From: Ophelia neglecta
Lineage: Eukaryota
DNA: 64,000 nucleotides
Reading direction: 5' to 3'
Assembly (NCBI GenBank): GCA_965285935.1
Contig: OZ260664.1
Span: 106,888,001 to 106,952,000, forward strand
This document shows positions 36,925-48,219 of this stretch, piece by piece. Numbering within the stretch: the stretch's first letter is position 1; the number at the start of each line of letters is the position of its first letter. Under the pieces are notes generated by a model. It worked only from the letters and a program-made list of their open reading frames with translations. It did no database searches and was not told the origin of the DNA. The position numbers and the translations under genes were made by a program.

Positions 36925-38429
36925 TACATGAATTGTTAGTTGAGCAAGGACAGGTATTCATTCAAAGACCCACTTACACCCACGCGCGCGCGCACATCCC
37001 CATGTATACATACTCAAATGCGTGCACGCGAAAATGCGCAGGCATGCGCGGATCTAAAAAAAAGCATCAACATATATATAAACGAACGTGTCACCCCCGC
37101 CAGACCAAAACAAGCCATGTCCCATCAAATGCAGCCGATGCATGATAACCGCCGACCCGACAACTGCGAGACGCGACAAGTAAAAATGCATGTATAAAAC
37201 AGGCAATATAGCCACAATTTTTCAGTTTTGAAGTTTTTGCACATATGTTGCAGAAATTAACCACAGAAGAATCCTTGACAAACTTGGTGCCAATCCAAAA
37301 TAGGCAAAACTATTGGCACCTATACGGTCGAGCCTGATCACATTTTTCAGCTATTAGGGTTTGGGAGCTGGACATGTATCTACTGATGTGTGTGGCGCTG
37401 TGGTTTCTGGGTCCTGATGATTTAGGACAAAATTAACGGACTATTCTTGATTAATGTTTAAGCTTGTTTGCCGGGTATCCTCTCCGGTTTTGTCTGCCAG
37501 GAATCCTCTCCCGTTTTGTTTGTCATAATAGAGCTGCCAGTTGTTTTCACGTAGTTTTTTTTTATTAATTTGGTTTACTAACTGAAAACCCGGAGCCGGG
37601 TGGACTATGAAAATAGAATTAACCCGAGAGCCAGAAAACATCTGGAGTTTATTAATAACAGACCGCGTATGTCATGTAAAATCGAAAATGCGCGGTGGAT
37701 GGCATTAATAACTTTCGAAAAGATTACGCTTTTTTTATTTGCGATCCGTTTAATTAATTCTCCAAACAATTCCGTTAAACGTTTCACAGTACAAGGATGG
37801 GTCCCAATTGATTATTTTCACACTAACTCAGACCTTTTTTGGTTCAGTGAGACTGCATGGCGATGCCATAAATATCGATGTAGGTCCTGACCAGAAATTA
37901 ATTGTTGTTATGCTTACGCAGGCGGAAATACCATCACGGACTAGCAGCAACACACTTGAACACAGTGACTGTGTCTTTGACTTGCTGTTTGAGGACATTG
38001 GCCTGTACAATTGATGTCTTATTTAAAAAGGAATAACTGACCACTGCTGCACGAGTGGTCAGCTGAAATGTTAAGTAGCGGGGTGATTGATGGGTATCGA
38101 TGTTAAGTTGTGTACATGAGGGATGAGCTGGTGGAGATTTGGGGATATAGAAGGGTGAACAGGCAACGGGTGACTTGGGAGTTTGGTGACGAGATGGGTT
38201 TGAGTGTCAAGGGTTGAAGCGGGGAACACGGAGGAGAATGTCGTCAGTCTGTGTATGGCCTCTTCATCTGATTATGAGAGTGACTGGTTCATTTACAAAA
38301 GTAACATTATAAATTATTATCGAGGTGACTTGATCCATTTCCCTTTTAAGTATATATAGACCTATTACACGTCTCTTTGTTCTAGTGTACACTGAGACAC
38401 TTAGACCATAATTTCTCTCTTGTTTACCA

Positions 38430-38630
38430 TTTCAACTGTGTATGTCCTGTCTACTATCACCATCACAAATGAGCATGTCCTGTCTACCAATACAACTGAG
38501 TATGTCCTGTCTACCAATACAACTGAGTATGTCCTGTCTACCAATACAACTGAGTATGTCCTGTCTACCAATACAACTAATTATGTCCTGTCTACTATAA
38601 CAAAGGAGTATGCCATGTCTACCATTATAT
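38430..38630. repeat. 27-bp minisatellite (tgagtatgtcctgtctaccaatacaac), ~7 units
   Basis: Direct reading. Confidence 0.93.
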
Positions 38631-38995
38631 ATTGATGATTATTATAAAAATTAATTGTACGTGCATACACTTTCCCAGATATCACTTTGATAAGTCCTTG
38701 GAGCATCCAATCGTTTTCATGAGTGAAAATAACAGGAAAGTGTGGATTTTCCTTCAACCATGAGATTGATGGCATCTCACTACGGTGGGCCACGCGCATT
38801 AATAGTATTAGTTTTTGCGGAATGGATCCCAAGGGAAATCTGACAAGAGCTGTTACTTGTTTGCCAGCTTAAATGGTTGTGTTTATTGCAAAGTGTAGAG
38901 GCAAAAAAATGACTCATAATGGTTTTATCAGCCTTTGAGAAAGCATTGGAAGATGCTTGCCATTAGGGTCACTCGCATCCGGCCGAGTTCTTAAA

Positions 38996-39120
38996 GCTGA
39001 TCATATCTGCCCGAACAATGACGGCAGATCGGGGACGGCTGATATCTGACCGAACGATGACGGCAGATCGGGGACGGCTGATATCTGACCGAACGATGAC
39101 GGCAGATCGAAGACGGCTGA
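38996..39120. repeat. 39-bp tandem repeat x3
   Basis: gctgatatctgaccgaacgatgacggcagatcggggacg. Confidence 0.93.
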
Positions 39121-41079
39121 CTGCTCTTGCTGATCGCGTCCTCTTGAACAGGCTGGCAGATCTCCACCAGGTGATCGTAGCCATCTGTTCACCGCTTGCC
39201 CATTGATCACCATTACTACTGCTCAACAGGGCGAACGTCTTTGTAACGTCATCAAATATGACTGATTGGCCTTTTCGGTTTTTATAGGCATACCATTCGA
39301 AAAAAGGTAATTGTTATGAATGCGTGAAAAATTATATTTGGTGGATCTTAACGGTGTACTAATGACAAAATCAACATTTTAATATCAAGATATGACTTCA
39401 TGGGAAACCTATAAATATAGATTCTAGATTAAGACATGCCTTCATGTAAAACCAATGTATTCAGATCGAACTTGACCGATCACACACAAAAGAGTCTCAC
39501 AGACTGGCCTCATGCTTATAGACGATGCGAGCCACGTAAAATGAACTGATCCTATCCCTGAAACAACAACGGGAGTTGATACATGGCAGTCACAGGGTCG
39601 GACATCCAAGGGCCCGGGTTCTATAGCCCGGTTTACTAAAAGCGGTCTTAAGTTTAATAAATTAGATTAGCCTATTACCGATTAACTGAGACCGTCGTAA
39701 TATGTGTTTCCATTGACCAGGATGCAGTTTAAAACCTAAATGGTTAGTGTTGATACCAGATCAGTGTTCAATAAACCCCGATAAGCAAGTAAAGACAATC
39801 CCGAATACCTGACCAGTCACTCACTTTGAACTGTCCCTCCTATGAAGGCCTCACGTGTCACATACCCACAGGCCTGTACGGCCCCAGAATACGTAAAGAC
39901 TACACTGATAGTTTCCATTATATCGCCATATTGACAGATCCTTTTGCCTTTCTAGCTACTAATGCGGAAATGTCTGAGTCGTACAATGGTTTAATACCCA
40001 GATCCATGTACTTGTCTCTCGGGCCAGCTGTGCCTTGCTCTCCACACGCTGCGTCATTTATCAATCCACAGGGTATAAAAGGAGCGAACTGGGAAGGAGT
40101 AAATCCCATTACCCAAACGACAACAGGAAGAAACAAACCTGTCATTGGCAATTCATTATAATACGAGGAATGGTCAGAGGGCGTTCTGTACCACATCTGC
40201 TATGTATGCAAAGCGGTCACGCTATATCGTCTTCGATAGTGAACTTGGGAACAGAAAATGTGTGTGCGACTGAGGGCCGACCAAGCTCTGTTATATAGCT
40301 AGGGGATGACTGTGCGGGTTGGGGGTTGATAAAAAAGGGGGACGGGGGATAGGAAATACGGGGCGGGAGCGGGGTAACTATTGAAAAATCTTTTTTATTT
40401 GCATTGTAATTATCAGGCAAGCTAAGAAATGTTGTTATTTTTCTATTTTTGCCTATTATCCTAAAAGCGGTTTGGTTTTACCTTAAACTGTGATTGGTCT
40501 TACTATGGCGAATTGTTGTTTTTTTCTCAACATACCTGAGACAACGTGCAATATTTAGATATCAAGAATTCCAATGGCCGATTGATACAAGATATACGAG
40601 TTCGGTGTCATTAAAGCCACTACGCTTCGAATGGTTGGGGTCATCTAGACGACCGGGCCAGGCTTGTCGGCTGTAAACATAAAGCGTCTAAATAGGGCGA
40701 CCAATCGAGGTGACTCTTACAAATCGAGGTTACCAAACCTTTTATAATTGGCTCCTGCCGTGCCTGGTGGCCATCAGTCCTGGGGTGCCTCCTGGAGACT
40801 GATGGATGGCTCCCCGGCCGACCTAAACGGGCTTCCCACCACTCCCTCGACTCCCAGTTGTGGCCTGGGGTCGGATACCGCTGCGAGATAAGGCAACGGG
40901 TTACTTGGCAACTACCATCTGCCTTATGTCTCTCTGCCTCGAGTGAAAATACTCAATTTTCACTCAACATGTTCCTGCTGGCTTTGCAACGAGGTAATAA
41001 AATACCTATCTCATGAAAGGAAATATAGTGCCTGCCTTGCTTTAAGTTTTGGCATACAACAAGACCTGGCTACATCTAG

Positions 41080-41975
41080 AACTAAACTCTATATATTTGT
41101 ACTAAACTCTATCTAGAAAGTCCTTGCCAGTGATGGAGCCTCCGTAACTCCACCTAAAATAGCCACCGCCTGTCTTGAAGCCTACCAAACTCTAGAAATG
41201 CCGCCGCATATATTGAAACCTACCAGACTCTTTCACCCTACATAGAAAGTCCACCGCTTGCCGTGAAGTATCCTAAACTCTATCTAGAAAGCCCACCGCT
41301 TGCGGTGAAGTATCCGGAACTCTTATCTAGAAAGCCTACCGCTTGCGGTGAAGTATCCTAAACTCTATCTAGAAAGCGCCGGCCGGCCTAAAAGTCTACC
41401 AAACTCTTATCTAGAAAGCCTACCGCTTGTGGTGAAGTATCCTAAATTCTATCTAGAAAGTCCACCGCTTGCCGTGAAGTATCCTAAACTCTATCTAGAA
41501 AGCCACCGCTTGCGGTGAAGTATCCTAAATTCTATCTAATGAGCCACCGCTTGCAGTGAAGTATCCTAAACTCTATCTAGAATGCCACCGCTTGCGGTGA
41601 AGTATCCTAAATTCTATCTAATGAGCCACCGCTTGCCGTGAAGTATCCTAAACTCTATCTAGAAAGCTACCGCTTGCGGTGAAGTATCCTAAATTCTATC
41701 TAATGAGCCACCGCTTGCAGTGAAGTATCCTAAACTCTATCTAGAAAGCCACCGCTTGCGGTGAAGTATCCTAAATTCTATCTAGAAAGTCCACCGCTTG
41801 CCGTGAAGTATCCTAAACTCTATCTAGAAAGCCACCGCTTGCGGTGAAGTATCCTAAATTCTATCTAATGAGCCACCGCTTGCAGTGAAGTATCCTAATG
41901 AACTCTATCTATCGGTGAAGTCTACCATACTCGTTCCTGTAATGCTACTGCCTACTTTAAAGTCTACCAAATTGT
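41080..41975. repeat. 41/42-bp minisatellite with an internal CACCGC-TT-GCGGTG hairpin, degenerate at both ends
   Basis: Unit aaactctatctagaaagccaccgcttgcggtgaagtatcct. Confidence 0.95.
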
Positions 41976-42002
41976 ATCAACAAAACCCACTGCCGACATT
42001 AT

Positions 42003-42436
42003 ACAAATAATGACTGCTCTGCCATGAGATGGTACAGAATATCTCACCCGAGTGTTTGGGTATTGACTGAAGCAATGTTATGTCGCCCGAGGCCTGCCGA
42101 GGGCGACATAACATTGCTGAGGTCAATACCCAAACCCGAGGGGGAGATATTCTGTACCATCTCATGACAGAGCAGTTGTTATTTGTTTTATTATTATACT
42201 GGGTGAAAATGCGCCCTCTGGTGATTGACTTTAAACTATCCTTGAGTGGTGAAGGCGTAGGCTTTCTAGCCTCGGTGCGCGTACTACTAACGCACAGGGT
42301 GACATAACTTTGCTCTCACCGGGAAAATGTTATGTCACCCCGCTGAAACATTTGCTATAAGATTTCAGCCACATCTCATGTGACCCTTAACCAACCAATG
42401 GCAATAAGCCATTTTCACCCAGTATATAATAATAAA
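42003..42436. mobile_element. Composite palindromic non-autonomous element: ~85-bp-arm hairpin (42003-42186) plus a TIR-bounded unit (42195-42426)
   Basis: Arm acaaataa...atgttatgtcgccc pairs with gggcgacataacatt...ttatttgt; TIR tatactgggtgaaaat / attttcacccagtata. Confidence 0.75.
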
Positions 42437-42768
42437 GTATATTACATTCTACAAAACCCACTATTTATAATGAAGTTAGAAACTTAGAGCGCACCGAGGA
42501 TAACTTGGACATATCTTGCTGTTAATAATCTGAGTAGTCGATGATGGTTATTGGATTTGATTGATTTAATCTGTGATCAATGGCTGTGTGGATATTAAAT
42601 TACAGTTCTGTCTGGCAATGAATTACCGTCGGAAAAATATTGTGGCCAACTATTGATGTGAGCTGCTAGCGCCAAGCACGTGAGCACACTTACGGAATGT
42701 TGACAATGGAATTGCCAATTCGGGAGCCACGGAGGTGAAGACATGGAAGAAAGTCTTTTTTTTAAATA

Positions 42769-42936
42769 CAGTAAAACCTGGCCTCAAGGACACCTGACAA
42801 TAAGGGACACACTGACTATTAAGGGCATTGTTTTTAGTACAGTTGTAATTCTTTACATGTAAAGTAACCTGTGAAATAAGGACAACTGAGAAAAGAGGAC
42901 TATTTTCCCAGTCCCTTGGCTTGTCAGGTTTCACTG
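42769..42936. mobile_element. Tc1/mariner-pogo-type MITE, related to 23733-23899
   Basis: TA|CAGTAAAACCTG ... CAGGTTTCACTG|TA. Confidence 0.85.
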
Positions 42937-43646
42937 TATTTGGATCTTTTAGATTGCGATTCGTATCAATTCAAACAAGAACTTGTTTTTCGATAAGGAT
43001 ATTTTGGATTTGTATCTTTCGTTGTAGATTTCGGATGCAGAATCCGACCCAGGCGTAGATGGAATGTCAAGAGGAGATATGGAACTGAGAAGTTATATAG
43101 CCGCATCCAGTGGAGCCGACAAGCCGTCCTGCGTAGCGTGACAGTTACTAAAGTACTGTGACAAGTAAACAAAGGAACTACTTCCCGCGCGTTTGGTGAC
43201 CACTTCACTCAAGCTGTTAACGCCAGCTAATGAGCACACTTCTGAATATTTTGTCACTTCACTTCTCCGCGCCGGAGATTTCTTGATTTATTGGCCCTAT
43301 AATTGGATTTGAGCTGTTCTAATCTACAGAGGTTTATTGTCGGGTTCCGAAACCTGCTGATCTGTGTTATTCGAGAAGGATAATGGGCCACTCCAGTTAG
43401 GTACACGTCCCCGCCAGGGGGCAGAACACAGTGAAATGATACGTTAGCTAGGGCTATTTACTGTATGCGAGCGGGTATATTGGTCGAGCAGCGAGAGGCC
43501 AGTAGGAGCACAAAATAAATAAAGTTTGCAAATACATGGAAAAAGTATTATGAACCTCTTTGAAATGGCAGTTTTTATAAGTCTCGGTAATGACTGAAGA
43601 TATAATCATGGTGAAAATGTCCATTTAAATGATACATTTTCTGTAA

Positions 43647-44331
43647 AGCCATGGTCACAACCGAACGTACGCGATTTTCGCGTACGTAGTGAAGAAAATT
43701 TTGCTACGTGGCCGTTTTATGTACGTGGGCATATTTCACGTGGAAGTGGTCACATCGGTGCGTCAGGTCCACGTAGAAAACGCTTTTTTTTCGAGGTGTT
43801 CGCGTGGGCATTGCGTGCGTAGACCGTGGGTAGCGCCTGCGTAGTGCGTGGGTAGTGCGCACGATGCGGGTGGCAGTGGTATCAAAGCTAGTAATACTAT
43901 GTTGTGCTCTATCTCAATTTCGCCCAAACGCCTTCTGAGCAGGGCCAGCCGTAGGCGCTCTGGCGGAATCGCCATCTCTTCACCAGGGATAATAACTTGC
44001 ACAATGCCCGAATCCTATTCTCGAGCTTATATACCCTGGAAATTACGAAGAAAATGCGCAAGTGTCACCCACGTCCACCCCACGTGCCCCCCACGGGCCC
44101 CCCACCCGCTACCCACGCGGTTGCCACGCGAAAATATCGTGGACCCTACGTGGCAAAAAATAGAGCATGTTCAATTTTGAGCCACGTACGAAAATAGAGG
44201 CCACGCGGGCCTCACGTAGTCGGAATTTCTTGCGTAGCGCGTGGGTGCCACCCGCGTACGGCCACGTACACCGCCAAAATCTCTACGTGGAGCTGTCGTG
44301 GACCCTACGTGGGTCGGTTGTGACCATGGCT
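43647..44331. mobile_element. PIF/Harbinger-like non-autonomous foldback element (685 bp)
   Basis: 18-bp TIR AGCCATGGTCACAACCGA / TCGGTTGTGACCATGGCT, TAA on both sides, long imperfect internal inverted repeats rich in ACGT/ACGCG. Confidence 0.88.
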
Positions 44332-45282
44332 TAAGGTGTAAGCGTTCTGTAGCCGCGTATAATCTGATCGCTGGGGGTACTGAAGTGGTCCTGCCACCAC
44401 ATGCCGAAGCTATATTTGGTCCATTTTAAACACCATTTTGTTTTCTGAAGTGTTTGCACATTTGAAAGGCAGGAATATAAAAAAATAGACACGTTCCATG
44501 TCTTTTTTAACAATTATATGACCATTTTTTGCCAACTCATCAACATAATACCAGAAGACTTTGAAAAAAGTAATTAATGAAGACAAAGGGGGTTGTTGAA
44601 TCTCCCAGAGCTTATCTGATCTTTATCAATGAGAATTATTGTCAAATAGTAATAAATTAATGGTAACAAATCAAAAAGCTGGCAATGTACTAAGACAACA
44701 ATTTAAATTCACCAATGGGAAAAAAACCACGACAACCACATTAAACCACTAAAGAAATATACTCCCCATCAGAACCTATTTGGTAGGAACTACTTCTGCC
44801 GCTCATCAATTATCATTCGCTGCAAATCTTAATGTGCTTCGTCCAGAGACAAATACGAATCATGGCCGAATTTGATGACAAATTGCCATTCCGCCCCTAA
44901 ACTTTTTTCAACTTATTTTAATCGATCCTCAATTTAACTTTCATTCACTACGGGTGGAGATGCTTATTTTATCTTCCTAAAACGGGTTCTATTGAAGAAA
45001 AGGGCGGGGAAGTCTTATTGGAAGTTTTTATGTATTCGTGGTAGGATCATCAAGGATTAAATCATTTTTTTTAATCATAGTTTTGGCTGACACCAAAGAC
45101 ATGAATGTGAGGGAGTTAGGTCGTGGAAGACATCGGGAGAGGTTAAGTTTGTGTTGTTTGATGATTGAATGAACCCAGAAAGGAGAGATAGGCGCCAAGT
45201 TAAACGCCTACTTATATTAGATCAATACTGTATGTGGTCAGGGTGATAGCACGGCATGCTTCAGTAGACAGGTTATTAAACA

Positions 45283-46211
45283 GGATGGCGCACAACCTCC
45301 TCAAGCTGAACGATACCAAGACGGAGTTCTTGATTATCAAGCCAAAAAGAATAGCCTGTGAGGTTCCAGAGACTATCCGCGTTGGTGAATCCACTATCGT
45401 TGCCTCTCCATCAGCCCGCAACATTGGTGCAGTTTTCTCAAATGACTGCTCACTGGATTCCCATATTAACAAAGTGTGTAGAAATGCATTTTTACACTTG
45501 CGAAATATCTCAAAAATTAAGAGATACCTATCCAAAGAGGCACTTTTAACAATCACTCATGCCTTTATTACATCAAAGCTTGATTCATTAAATGCTTTGT
45601 ACACCGGGCTGCCCGAATCTCAGATAGCAAAACTTCAACGGGTACAAAATGCGGCTGCCCGAATGATAACAGGCTCATCTTACAGGTCTCACGTAACTCC
45701 CCTTCTGAGAGACCTGCATTGGCTTCCTGTAAAACAGCGTATAGAGTACAAGATATACCTGTTAACATACAAGTGCCTTCACACGGTCAGGCACCGGGCT
45801 ACTTGTCTTCCCTGATTTCTAGATACTGTCCTGCACGAAGTCTCAGGTCCAGTAGTCATTTTAATCTTGATTTGCCACGCGTCAGGACTACTACCTATGG
45901 TCATAGACGCTTTTCATATGCTGCTCCAATGTTATGGAATCAGCTGCCTGTCAACCTTGGGCTTGCTGACACATTGACTGATTTTAAGAAAAAAATGAAA
46001 ACTCACCTGTTTAAACTTGCATTTCAATTATAAGTCAACTCTTATTTTATAAATTACTTACCTCTTATTCTTGTAAACTTCTTTTAATGATTCTAGTCGC
46101 TTTTAGTATTATCAGAAACTATTTTATTGTTTTTACCACTGATTGTACAGCGCCCTTGATCAGGTTTTTAAACCTGGAAATGGCGCTTTATCAAATGTAT
46201 ATATAATAATA
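45283..46211 (+). mobile_element. 5'-truncated L2/CR1-group LINE: ORF2 C-terminus (one frameshift near 45780), 3' UTR stem-loop and (TAA)-type tail
   Basis: NLLKLNDTKTEFL...KLQRVQNAAARMI...HVTPLLRDLHWLPVKQRIEYK / GQAPGYL...RSLRS...FSYAAPMLWNQLP...FKKKMKTHLF; stop at 46031-46033; agcgcc...ggcgct stem, then tataataata. Confidence 0.93.
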
Positions 46212-46219
46212 GAGATTGG

Positions 46220-46391
46220 TACCAGCCTTAAGGACCACCTCTATAATCAGACCACCTGTCAATTCAGACCACCTGTATGAGGACCATGCTTCATGCCTTC
46301 AGTGTTAAATAACCTGTCTAAACAGACCACCTCTGAAATCAGACCAGTATTTTCCAGTCCCTTTGGTGGTCTTAATTCACAGGTTTCACTG
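46220..46391. mobile_element. Pogo-type MITE missing its left TIR, abutting the LINE tail
   Basis: Ends ACAGGTTTCACTG|TA; internal gaccacct repeats resemble those of the other copies. Confidence 0.75.
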
Positions 46392-46961
46392 TATGTGTCA
46401 TGCCATGTAGTCTGCCATGCCCTCTGAAGAAGCGAGGGCACGCTGCCTAGCCTTACCCAGGCATGTCCCCGCCCGGCTCTGGCGATCCTGGCTGATGCGG
46501 GACAGAGTATGGTAAGGCACGCCGGGCACGGTATGCTGTGACACCGGGAGTCAGGAGCGCGGCCCACCAAGCCAATTCCGTGCAAACCGTTAAAATGAAG
46601 TAAAACGGATCTGGCGCTATTTGTTTTAATGACGATAGGGACTCTACAGCACCCATGGGTCTAACAGGCGTGACCAGCGATACCACGCTTGTATTTATCT
46701 CAGTCTGTCACCACCATGGTACGGCCTGATAGTTACTGACTAATCCCGCACGGAGAACTGAGAAGCAGGTATTCCAATAACAGGCTGGCAGTTTCATTAT
46801 GATAGCTGAAGTTATGAGCCCTTGGGTCCGGCCAAGAGTCGGTGGCCATCATGATATTAGTGTGCCACCGTTCTGCTGTCTGCTGCCCACTTCTGCCCGA
46901 ACCCAGAACGCCAAGATAGAAGTCTGTTCCTTTCAGATATTAGTTTATCATCGCCCTACTG

Positions 46962-47189
46962 CAGTGGCGGATTTAAGGGGGGGCTAGGGGGCCCGCCCCC
47001 CCCCCCTTTTGCTAAAAAGTGGGCCCGGACCAGGGCCTATTTCTGGACCCGCGCAAGGTGGTTTCAGAGGGTTGGTAACGGGGACAATCCAGACATTTGC
47101 CAACTGTAGACATATTTGTTGGTAACAAATCATGGGTCAGCCTTGGAAAATTTGGGCCCCCGCTTCCTGAAATCCTGGATCCGCCACTG
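46962..47189. mobile_element. MITE with CAGTGGCGGAT TIRs and a 6-bp TSD (CTACTG)
   Basis: ctactg|CAGTGGCGGAT ... ATCCGCCACTG|ctactg. Confidence 0.88.
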
Positions 47190-48219
47190 CTACTGTCAGC
47201 TGCTCGCTATGCCAAACTCCAGAGAGTCACGTGACAAGCCGGTATCTGTCAGCTACTTAGTAGATGTTTATTAAGTTATTGGATTGTCTCGCCGCTGGGT
47301 GAGATGACGTCACATTCCCCGTGACGCCTTCGAGGTATTTGGACAGATCCCTCCCTCGCCCGTTTTCAAACGTACGCAAAAGGTATGGCTTAATGTGTGC
47401 CGAGGATCTGTCTGCTAGTCCAGTAACATTGCTTTGAGTAGACCTTTAATAAAACCAATAGGAATTTGCAAGTATGATCTATAAAAATGGTCATGCATAA
47501 TATTAAATATAATTAATATGTGTTGAATTTAAACCTCGTAGAAATATAAAAATAACAGCGGTAAGGCAACCATCAAGGGTCGTGTAGGTGCAGTGTCTAA
47601 TTTTCCGTTCATGTAAACACTTTATTTTAGCACGAAAATGTATTAGTTTAATAATATATTATATCAAGCGGATTCCTTTTTAGCTGTTTCCTTTGTTAGA
47701 TGCAGCTTACAGGTGTTTTTAATAGCCAATTTCTTTTGGAGTGCCACTCAGTAATATACAAATGAATAGAACCTTTCTAGCCAATCTCTGTGGACAATTA
47801 TCGCCATGAATTGTCCAATTTGCACTTAACATTTATATAGGATGGATGTATTGTATCAGAGTAATCGGAGAGGAGACTGAACTGACTTGCTGTGGTTAAC
47901 AACAGATAGTGGGTTTCTGATATTAACTGGGCTTGGTCGTTTCTTAAAACACGTCTTTCGAAGAGCCACTTAGTGACGTACAAAGTAATTATACGGTCTC
48001 TTTGTGTAATTGTTGCATTAAATGGTATACTTTCCTTCTTTTGTTCGAATAATGAAAAAAAAAAGTGTCAGATTCCTCACAATAGAAGATTGAACTGTCT
48101 TTGTGCGCTGTAAATCATATTGTGTGATGTTTGAATAAACGGGGATGGAACGTGAGCGATATTTGTATGGGCCTTGATATTCGACTCTATCATTATTCAA
48201 AGAAGTTGGAATGATATAC

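Noticed and set aside
43590-43645. CTGAAGA...GAAA hammerhead-like motif
   Set aside because: Stems I and II do not pair and the cleavage triplet is poor.
46748-46770. Partial similarity to miR-184 (ACGGAGAACTGA); also TAAGGCACGC near 46514 resembling miR-124
   Set aside because: Seed or 3' mismatches and no compatible precursor hairpin.
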